Below, in pieces: positions 12,849 through 22,352 of a DNA stretch of 64,000 bases (position 1 is the first letter of the stretch; each line of letters begins with the position of its first letter). Both the position numbers and the translations under genes were made by a program. Source of the stretch: Saprolegnia diclina VS20 (taxonomy: Eukaryota); assembly GCF_000281045.1 (NCBI RefSeq), contig NW_008246085.1:37888-101887 (forward strand), given 5' to 3'. The notes beneath the pieces are model-generated. The model was not told where the DNA came from, ran no database searches, and saw nothing but the letters and a program-made list of their open reading frames with translations.

Positions 12849-13580
12849 TCAGAGCGGATGCTCTGGTGGCGCTTCCGTGAGCTTGCTATGGCTCACTACA
12901 AAAGTTGCCCGTTCCAGCGACCGCAAGACCTTGGCGAGTGCGGTGGCGAGGGCCATGCTCGTGTCATATGCGACGATGCGCCCGTCGAGCCCGAACGAAA
13001 AGACGGACGTCTGCGGGATCTCCATGGTGTGTCCGATGAGCTCCTGGACGAGGACCTCGTCGTGGAGGATGTGGGGAAAGTACAGAGCTAGCGACGCACG
13101 CGTCATGCGCTGCTGCACGACGAGCTGCAGTGTGCACGCGAGCAGCCCACCGTCGTCCGCAAGCGTCACGTGGCAAGAGACGAAGCGCATGGCGAAGCCC
13201 GCGTGTGTCGACGAGTAGTGCTGGAAGATGCGCATGAACGTATCGAGCGAGTGCCTACCTTGGAAGACCATGGCCGGGTCCATGATGGCGCGGAGGAAGC
13301 GGTCTTGCTTACTGGCCATGACCACGTCCCGCTGGCGGAAGCCATGTGCAAACGTGCGTACGTACTCGTGCATGAGCCGCTCGGACCGCGTCTCGTTCAT
13401 CGCGATCGACTGGGAGAGCATGTCGGAGAGGACGTCCCGCCTGCCCTCGAGGCGAGCTAGCTCATGAGAGAGTGACATGACCTCGTTCGCGAGGCTCTGC
13501 GTGTGCGACTTTTGCCGGGCCATGTACGCGCGTTGGCTCTGCGACCGGCGGCGGCGGTACTCGTCCGTCCCTGGCCGCAT
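12849..13580 (-). CDS. Oomycete-type bZIP-like protein with C-terminal SnoaL/NTF2-like domain (paralog B)
   Basis: RRRRSQSQRAYMARQK plus leucine heptads; 'RLEG.R..L', 'FLRAIM', 'YFPHILHDEVLVQELIG', 'FSFGLDG' match paralog A. Confidence 0.75.
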   Translation of the reverse strand: MRPGTDEYRRRRSQSQRAYMARQKSHTQSLANEVMSLSHELARLEGRRDVLSDMLSQSIAMNETRSERLMHEYVRTFAHGFRQRDVVMASKQDRFLRAIMDPAMVFQGRHSLDTFMRIFQHYSSTHAGFAMRFVSCHVTLADDGGLLACTLQLVVQQRMTRASLALYFPHILHDEVLVQELIGHTMEIPQTSVFSFGLDGRIVAYDTSMALATALAKVLRSLERATFVVSHSKLTEAPPEHPL

Positions 13581-13603
13581 GGCTGGACCGTGTGCACACT
13601 CGC

Positions 13604-13634
13604 CACTCTCACCAGCACTCTCACCAGCACTCTC
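13604..13634. repeat. Short 12-bp tandem repeat (CACTCTCACCAG x~2.6) just upstream of bZIP paralog B
   Basis: cactctcaccag cactctcaccag cactctc read directly. Confidence 0.7.
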
Positions 13635-13753
13635 TCTTCTTCCTGGCCAAGCTGTGGCATATGCCGAAATTTATCAACGTTTTAAACATCTGAATACGTT
13701 TCATGTTTTAAACACCCTGCCCTTGGAGGAATAAGCCGCCGAGGCCAACCACC

Positions 13754-14947
13754 ATGAGCTACGTGACGCCGAAGAAGGAGACGCGCGGGGGCGCCAAGGA
13801 CAAGCGCAAGCACAAGCCGTCGGGCGCAACGCCCGTGCCCGAGAAGAAGAAGCCCGGCTCGCGCACGGTCAACATTTCGGACACGCTCACGATCGAGTTC
13901 ACCGACCCAGACGATGACGACGACGATGGGTCGCCCATTGTCAAGCCGACCAAGGCGTCGGCCTCCACATCCACCGCAGCCGCCATCGTCGATGCGCCGC
14001 TGCCGCGCAGCAACCGCAAGAATCGGCGTGACATGCGGCGCTTGAGCGACAAGATGGAAACGGTCAAGGTCGACCCGACGGCGACGCCATCTGCCACCCC
14101 CAGCAAGGCAGCACAGCCGATCGTGCTCGAGGCCAAGCCGGACGCGCCGTCGTCCAAAGCATCGGCGCTGCCACCGACGCAGGTGCTCAAGGTACACTTT
14201 GCGATATATGCAATTCAAATGCATTCGTTGACGGTCGTCATTGTGCGGTAGATATTGACCGAGGTGTTTGCCGAGGTCGAGCGCGACGACCGCGCCATGT
14301 ACAAGGTCAACCCGGACGTCATTCGCGAAGAAACGTCCCAGTGCGCCAAGTCGAGCCTCGTCGAGAAGACGAGCGCCGCCGACCTCAAGCGCCTCCTCAC
14401 GTACGGCGAGGTGCTCCCGGACGCGTTCACGGACACGATCATGCCCTTCTTGGCCCTCGAACCGTCGGATGTCTTTTACGACTTGGGCTGCGGCACGGGC
14501 AAGATCGTCGTGCAAGTTGCACTCGAGACGGGCCTCCGCGACGCGCGGGGCATCGAGCTCATGCTCAACCGCGTCGTCGAGGGCCAGCGCGCGCTGGACC
14601 GGCTCCGCGCCACGTACCCCGAGCACGTGAGCGACAAAGCGCTCTCGATCGTGCAGGGCGACATCTGTCACCCGGTGACGCAGCTCGCCATGATGGACGC
14701 CACCGTCGTCTTCATCAACAACGTGCTCTTCCCGCCCGAAGTCATGAGCGCGGTCTGCGACCTCCTCCTCCAGCTCAAGCACCTCAAGCGCATTGTCACG
14801 ATGAAGAAGATCTGCGAGCGCCACCGCGAAGCGCGCTGCATGCGGGACGGGAACGCGTGCACGCTCTTCGCAGACCCGCCGGTGCAAGCCAAGGTGTCGG
14901 TGTCGTGGGCCAAGCACGCGTTCGCGTACCTCTACACGGTGCGCTGA
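13754..14947 (+). CDS. DOT1-like SAM-dependent (histone H3K79-type) methyltransferase
   Basis: LTYGE, VFYDLGCGTGKIVVQ, RGIEL, QGD, ATVVFINNVLF motifs typical of DOT1; basic disordered N-terminus; phase-0 intron 14192-14251. Confidence 0.8.
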
Positions 14948-15004
14948 CAAATATGTATTTATAAGGGATATGGCAATGTATGGAAGTCAAAGGAGAAGCG
15001 GCGA

Positions 15005-15733
15005 TCAGACGGCCGTCGTGGCCTGCGCGGCTGCTTTCGAGCAAATCTTCTTGAGCATCGCTCGCCCGTACGGAATGAAACTGGCGCCGTACCAGAGCAT
15101 GGCGCAGTACTGGATGAAGACGAGGAGGAGCACGAGGATACCGGGGCGGGCCATGGTCACGGCCACGATGATCGTGAGCAGCATCGACGAGATCCAGACA
15201 ATGCATGCGACGCGCCGGATAGGCATGCACATAACCTTGAACTGGTTGAGAAAGCCCGTGAGGAACATGGAGCTCGAGATCGAGCAAATGTTGCCGAGCG
15301 TGTAGAAGAACGCAAAGCCTTTCACGTGCTTGGGGCCGCCAAACATGAGAAGCGTCGAGAGAAAGCTAAAGAGCGCGCCGGCGGCGTAGGCCGCGATCGC
15401 GCCCTGGATCCGCTCCTTCTTCGAGAGGTTCGGAAAGCATTGGCACTGGTTCTGCGCTTCACTCAAGAGACCTTCCGACTCGGTTTCCGAGCCCGAGTTG
15501 GTCTCTCCATCGGCGGACGGGTTGTCGGACGAGACCACCGGCGGCGCTTTCCCGGCCGCCGTGTAGGCCGCGACCTTGGCTTCGCCGGCTTTGGCCTGCA
15601 CGATCGTCGCCGCTTGGGACGCCTTCACCTTGGCGACTGCCGCCGTCGCAGCGGCCTTCTCCTTGGCGACGGACGCCGTCGCCGACGCGGCTTCGAGCGC
15701 CGACGCGCCCATGGACGTGGCCTTGGCGAGCAT
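15005..15733 (-). CDS. SFT2: SFT2/Got1-family vesicle transport protein
   Basis: LS..ER..G, FA.FYTLGN, S.FL.G...Q.K.M, R, Q..A..WY..SFIPYGR; four TM helices; Ala/Lys-rich N-terminal extension. Confidence 0.88.
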   Translation of the reverse strand: MLAKATSMGASALEAASATASVAKEKAAATAAVAKVKASQAATIVQAKAGEAKVAAYTAAGKAPPVVSSDNPSADGETNSGSETESEGLLSEAQNQCQCFPNLSKKERIQGAIAAYAAGALFSFLSTLLMFGGPKHVKGFAFFYTLGNICSISSSMFLTGFLNQFKVMCMPIRRVACIVWISSMLLTIIVAVTMARPGILVLLLVFIQYCAMLWYGASFIPYGRAMLKKICSKAAAQATTAV

Positions 15734-16122
15734 CGGGCGACAAATTCTATTGCAGCTTGCGGTTTGTATGCGTATAAATATATAAATAACGGTCCAATCG
15801 CGGTCGACTGGCTAGATGCACGCAATTTGGCCTTTCAAACTGACTCGGCGCTCGCAATTTCACTGCAGCGGGACCTCGACACGTGCATCTGCTGCAACCA
15901 ACGACGAAGCGCTGTAGTGCGTCGTACAACACAGAGTCGTCCAAGCAAGGATCTCGCGCACCCAACTGGACCAAGGAGCCGCCGCTGCTGACGGTAGCAT
16001 CCTTGGGCGCTGCCAACTCCATGCGTCGCTACAGGCAAATCAATAAGACACTGTCTTGTTCCTTGCAAAAGCGTAGAAAGCGCTTGGTGGTGCGATACAT
16101 GGGCGTAGCACCCAAACGACAA

Positions 16123-18822
16123 TCACCTTCGTCCTCTACTCAGCCACAAGACCGCAATGTCGAAGGTCAACTTTAGGGCGCATATTGGCCCGACTCGAAG
16201 CTGCCCGTGGACGACGTTGCACGAACAGAGCCCGTAAACGAGCCCTTGGAATACGAGGAAGAGGAGGAGGCATGTGAGCCGGTGCTGTCGCTGCGCGGGC
16301 TGTCGCAGGGACTGGGAAAGATATCTCGCTACATCGAACCATGACTTGGCGTGCGATGATGGAGGACGCTCTACCTGATGGAAGAGCTCGCCGCTTTCGA
16401 TGGACGACGATGGCGACAGGCGCCGACGCTCCCGCTTGCGCTGCAGCGAGAGCTTTTGTGTGTGGTAAAACGTTGCTCGCACGAGCGGGTCGTCCAGAAT
16501 CTCGCCGTCGCTCAGTGTGTTTGGCTCCACGAGCTCGCCTTCAGACATACCGTCACCACGGTCGCTATCGCAGCGGCTCTCACTGCTAAAGCTCGCGCTG
16601 ACCTCGGACGACCTACACTTGACATAAGTATCAATGTATCGAGACATATGTGTACCGAGAGAGCGATGCAAGACTCGCAACCACCTCGCGCTCCAAAGGT
16701 ACGGCGTAGAGCTTGGAGGCCGCGGGCGCCATCTCAGGCTCGTGACGAGTCTGTGACGGGTACGAAGTTGCTGTGACTGGAGACAGCGGTGGCGCGGGTG
16801 GCGGTGGCATGTCAACCACTGTCATTGGCGGCGGGATTACGGGCGGCGCCGGCACGATATGAGCGATATTGAGGGGAGCGGGTGCGGACGTGCGCTGCAA
16901 CCGCTGCATGCGAAGCGCCCGAAGCGTCGTCATGAGTGGTGTAGGGTCGTCCGTGCGGCGTTGCTGCGCAATGGACGCGCGCTGGTCGGGCGACGCGTGC
17001 AGGAGCTTTCCGAGGAGGGTTCTCCCTGGAAGGTCCTCCAGCGTCCAAGACGGCGCCGGTGCCGCCTCCCCTTCGTCAGCAACCACTTGTACTTCCTTGT
17101 CTTCGACCACTGGCGATGGCGGCTCGGGTGGCGCCAAGCCGGTCGTGTCGGTGGCCATGTCGGTGACTTCCTTGGCTACCACTGGCTGCGGCGGTGGCAT
17201 CGTCATCGGCGGAGTCGCCACTTCGCGACGCAACTCGTTTTGAACTAGCGTCTTGACCAGGTCGAGCATGGTTCTATCGTCGTCCGGCTCGAGCTCGTGC
17301 ACTTCTGAAGGCGGTGGCTCCGTGAGCTGGCTTGGCTCTAGCTCATCGATGCTCGCTGCGGGTCGCCACTTACTCTGGTCGGCAAGCAGCTGCCGCGTGA
17401 GCTCCCGCAGCACCTAGCCAAACGTAAAGTCATCCAAATCGTCGACAAGCCTACGTTTTCGTCCAGGCTCGCAGCAACCTCTGGCGGCATCTCGCTCTGT
17501 AGCGACTCGACAATGCGATTCACCACGTAGTCGGTGACCGACGCCTCGACAACGTGCATCGGCGGCGCATCGCTTGAAGTGTCCGCCACGACAATCGGCG
17601 CCGGCACTGGCGTCGTCGGTGGCGGCGGCGGCTTTGGAGGCGCCACTGCGACGTCTCGTTCCGGGTGTTGGTGCGCGGCCAGGACGAACGCGGCAAACTG
17701 CCGAAATTCGATGAGGCGCCGCGACGAGTGTGCGAGCTGCGCCGCTTGTTCGAAAAAGAGCGAGATGCGCGTCGGGTGCAGCGTGATGCGGAGGCGGTGC
17801 AGCGCGACCGAGACCTCGAGCTTGGTGAGGTACCCGTCGCGGTCGCTGTCGAGGTCGTTGAAGAGCCGCCGAAGCAGCGTCATGGACGGACCTGTGCTGA
17901 CGCCGCCATACACGACGTCGGCAGGGAAACCAAACGTCGCTGATGGCATGGTCCGGTGGTCCGAGAGCACCTAGTACAATCATATCTTAGCGCTTGCCAC
18001 CGTGCAGAGGAAGCGCACTTGTTTCCCGATCGCAGACGGGACTTGGGTCGGTGCAACGCGCCTTGGCGGCAGGTCCTCGTGGACTGGCGAAGACGGCGCC
18101 GAAGCTGACGATGCGTCTGGAACTTGCTTGCCTTCAAAGGGTATGGAAGGTGAGGAAGGCTGCGCGGGCGCCTCAGACGCTACGACGGGGCGCTGTGAGG
18201 GCGCGAGAGGAGAAGGTGAAGCGAGTGGTGGCGTGGCGGGTCGTGGAGGAGAGCGTGTGGCCAATAAAGGGCGGGGCGGTGTCGTGAGCTGCAACACTGG
18301 CAGTGGCTCGATGCTCCGTGGCGCCGTTGCGACCGACAGCGGCGGTGGCTCTTGCCTGCGGACGCGCTTTGGTAGAGTGTTCTTGGCCGCCTCGTTCGCC
18401 TTGTTGCGGTCGTTCTCCTTCTGCGCCCGGGCGTCGCGGATCTCTTTTCGAAGGGCCGTCGCACGCGCTTCGTTCGCAGGTTTGATGACACGGACGGGCG
18501 CGATAGGCGCTGGCGTCTCGGGCTTGGGCGCGGCTCGTGGCAGTACAGCGACTGGCGTGACCACCGGTGCTTTGGGCTTTACGGCAGGTTTCCGACGCAG
18601 CGGTTTGGGGGCTGCCATCTCCATGCTCGGATCGTCCCGGAGTTTGGTCGCGATGTGCGCGATGCGTGACGCGACGTCGCGCGGAATGTCGATGGTCCGC
18701 CAATCCATGCGCCGGTTGTCGTCCATGTGGTAGTCGAGCATGGACACGCCAAGCCGCTTCTCGATCGCCCACGCGCGCTCTGTCGCTGCGCGCAGGAGAG
18801 CATACTCCGGCTCGAAATCCAT
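16123..18822 (-). CDS. Large Pro-rich protein with an EF-hand pair (function unknown; 3' end uncertain)
   Basis: ATG 18822 (MDFEPEYALL); GT-AG introns 17971-18019, 17414-17454, ~16612-16654 link four ORFs; EF-hand FNDLDSDRDGYLTKLEV; C-terminal repeated S[ED]GE[LI] motifs. Confidence 0.6.
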
Positions 18823-19272
18823 TTCGCAAGATTTGTCAGTCGAAGGAATCCGGATACGAGGCGTTCCAACAACAAGGGCCACCAGCGCAAGGTTCATGGC
18901 CGGCCTCGCCGTATACGTCTCGCTTCCATGAGGCGCCAGCGCGCTCTCGTGCCACGTGAGGCTCGCTCTATATGCCTACAGGACGTTGGCTCTAGAGGGC
19001 ACTACGACAGTACGTGCGTAGCAACAGGCGAAGGTACAAGATGCGGTCCTAGAAGCTGCGCCAGCCGCCGTGGCCGAGCGCCGAACCGAGACGCACGAGT
19101 ATAGCGCAATGACCATGTTACCACGAACGTGTTAAATCCAGACAACGGCGGTCACGGCGCCACTTTGGTATGGATGTCCCTTTCTTTCCACAGCACCGAA
19201 GTCGAATGCTGCGCATCGCGCGGCGGCCTTGTCTCTCCAACAACACCAGGCGCGCGAGGCCATGGTGCTAAT

Positions 19273-19487
19273 TTACCGGTACTACAAGAGCAGGGAACAT
19301 GAGCATCTCGGCGCCTACTCGCAATCGGTACCTTGATGAAGCCAATCTGCGTGGCGCGTTCACGGAAGCAGCGGCGGCACATGTTGAGGCCGTACTTGCT
19401 GATGAGACCACGGGTCGTGGCGCACGTGCGGCAGTGGCGCGAGTCCTTGCCGTAGTTACGGGGGTGCGTGTAGTGCAAGTTGGTCAT
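19273..19487 (-). CDS. RPS29: 40S ribosomal protein S29 (uS14)
   Basis: [15 protein letters not shown]...[24 protein letters not shown]; Cys4 zinc motif; intron 19282-19331. Confidence 0.97.
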
Positions 19488-20569
19488 CCTGATTAAACTT
19501 TTGCAGCTATAATGCCAAAGAAAGAGAGTGAGCCACCGCAGGATGAAACCCTGGCTTCGTTACCGGTTGGTTGGCTGGGAACCCCGCCGGATGACGAAGC
19601 CTGGGAACCAAATATTATTTCAACCAATCGATGTGCATCGCGTGTTCCATTGGCTAAAATACACATATCAGCTCTGATTGGCCAATCTAAAGTATACGCT
19701 CTCACAGGACCTGCAATACACGATATTGCGGCCGCATCCGGCGGCGGCGCACGTGAGAGGACCGGAGCGCACTTTATGGAGCGATAACGAGCTGGCCAAT
19801 CGGAGCGCGATAGGACGAGAATTCAGGTGCCGTTATGGTCTCCAGCGCCCGTGCTTGAAGCTAAGCACACGCAACCTTCGTGCGCCAGCGTCGTGTGCAA
19901 GGATAAGCACTGAGATGCGTCATGGGCAGGTTCCTTGTATCGCAGCGCTTGCGGCTACATAGGATCGTCTACCATGAAGCGACATCGAGGTGCTGTTGTG
20001 GCAGGCCGACACGGCAGCAACGAGTGCTTGAAAATGGCGTGGTAATATCAGCCTGCGAACGACAATGTGGTCGGTCACGTAGCCGGTGACATACAAATTC
20101 TAGTATATCGGACTGGGTAGGCGGGATGATCGGCGGAAGTCTTCGGACGGATTTGGCGACAGTGGAGGACAAACGTCGTGGCCAGTCTGTTGGTGCCCGT
20201 GCGCTACATCGGTCGTCCCAGCACCAGCGCACGGCAGCTCTCAACTATTTGGGGATACGTCCTTTCTGGTGGGTGGATGCGATGACGGTTGCCAAACGCA
20301 AATGGTCACGATTTCAGCCAATCCCTATCGCGTCTGTCGACTCTCGCCCATCCATTTGCGAAAAAGCCGGCTCGACTCGCATACGATTGGCTGCATTAGC
20401 AAAAATCAGCCAATCGCAGCGCCAATCTTCGACAAGGCATCGGCTTGGAGTTCGACATTTTTGTCCTACTTCGCGGAGGAGTTACGTCACAAAACATCTT
20501 GGTGTTTGTATGCAAAGAGTCAGGGACAAAAGTGGGTGCTAAACTCTAGAAATTTGGTCCAGCACCACA

Positions 20570-22071
20570 ATGATAACGATGATGAAGCTCGAGGCGAGCA
20601 ACCAGCTCTTGCGCCGAGAGGACCCACTCGACGGCGACGACGACGACGACGACGTGCCAGAGCCGACGCAGGTCCACGCCAAGGACCTCGAGGCAACGCC
20701 CGTGGCCTTTAGCGCCGACGACGTCTCAATGCTACACTACTACCTCGAGTCGGCCGACGAAGAGGGCATGACCAAGCACCTCCAGGAGCGGAAGCGCCTT
20801 GACCGCCACCGCATCAACAACATTCGCCACCGCCAGCGCAAGCAGTGCGAGCACGCCGAACTGCGCACAGCGGCCGAGGCCATGGAACACAAGCTCCGGG
20901 CGCTCCAAATGCGGGCCGCCCGGCGCAAGGCGACGACCCACCTGGACCCCGAAGAGACTCTACGCAACATTGCCAAGTGGAAGGAGGCCACCAAGTCGGA
21001 GAAGCGCCGTCGCGAAGAGGCCGTCGAGGAGAAGGAGCTCCTGACGGTCTCGACCACGTCGCACCGCAACCTTATCCAGATGTACTATAAGCGCATCCTT
21101 GTCGACAACGCCGTGCTCAACAACCCGCTGGTATCGCCAATCGTGTGCAGAAGGGCCCTCACGCTGTCGTTTCTAGCTGCTCGAGAACGAGCCGTTCGTG
21201 ATGAACACGCTCATTGGGTGCGAGTACACGCGGACCCAAGGGTACCGCTGGATCAGCGGGCAAATGCACCGACAGCTCGACGTGGCGCTCTCCTATATGC
21301 ACTCGTACATTGGCCACACGATCGAAGAGAAGACCAAGATCTTCCTCGGCGACTCGTCCGTCGACCTCGTGCGCCATCGCATGTGGCCTTGTCCCTTTGC
21401 CGTCGTCGCGCAGTCGGGCTGGGAGTCGTTCACGCGCATGTCGACGGGCAACCTCCCACGCAAGACGTCGGTACGCTTCGACTACATCTCTTCCGCCGAC
21501 GATAAACCTGTCTCTGCAGAGCCTCGAGGTCATCGACATCAACACGTGCTACACTCGCATTCTGATTGAAGACGGCATTGGGCCCAACCTGCCGCTGACG
21601 CTCAACATGCTCCAGCGCCGCTTCGTCGAGGACTCGCGCGTCGTCATCACCTTTCGTACGATCGCCGAAGACTCGACGTACCCCGTCAACAACCCGGTGG
21701 AGCACGGCGACCTCTCGATTGCCGGCTGGTCCGTAGTAGTACACCATTCCGATGGGTCCTCATGAAAGTCTACTCTTTGTAGGCTGTCGTTTGAGCGCGT
21801 CACCGACTCGTCGGCGCGCTGCCGCGTCTTTGTCAAGTTTCGGTCGACGGTCGAGAACGACGAGGAGGTTCTCGACTTGACCGCGATCCCGAGCGCGACG
21901 GCAACCAACCGCAAGACCCGCGCCAACCAGTGGATCATGAGCATCATCTCCAAGATGTACGACGCCGTCGACACGGCGACGCTCCGCGGTGTCAACGCAC
22001 CCGCGCCGGCGACACCACAGCTCGAGGTCCTCCGCAAGACAGAGCAGGACGAAGCTGCCCAGAGCCCATAG
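20570..22071 (+). CDS. bZIP-like + coiled coil + START-like protein, intron-containing relative of the 44-62 kb array
   Basis: RLDRHRINNIRHRQRKQ plus zipper; 'KWKEATKSEKRRREEAVEEKELL' matches the array's W..LA..E..R motif; 'RRFVEDSRVVITFRTIAEDSTYP' START-like strand motif; introns ~21130-21176, ~21471-21519, ~21729-21782. Confidence 0.7.
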
Positions 22072-22352
22072 GCCACTCCTCCTAGTCGTATGTATATCAC
22101 CTGCCCGCCCATTATTATAAACCCCTACCTCGTCCCCAACTTCTTAACCTAACCGCGTTGCGTTGCCCGACCACTGACTAGGTCCATGTGATAGGGGTCG
22201 GGGTAGGACCTACCGCGGTACACGGACCCTCCGAAAAGACCCGAGTCCACAGCGATGGCGTTGGAGTCGGAGGTGCTAGTAGGATGGAGAAGTAAAGGCT
22301 ACATGCGTATATTAAAAACGTAGACAAGAGCGGGATGCAAAGGGGTGGGTTC

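Noticed and set aside
19540..19610. Possible TPP riboswitch upstream of RPS29
   Set aside because: It lacks the CUGAGA and other TPP aptamer consensus elements.
22121..22210. Imperfect inverted repeat CCTACCTCGTCCCC / GGGGTCGGGGTAGG between convergent genes
   Set aside because: It is short and low complexity, in overlapping 3' UTR space, with no further support for an element.
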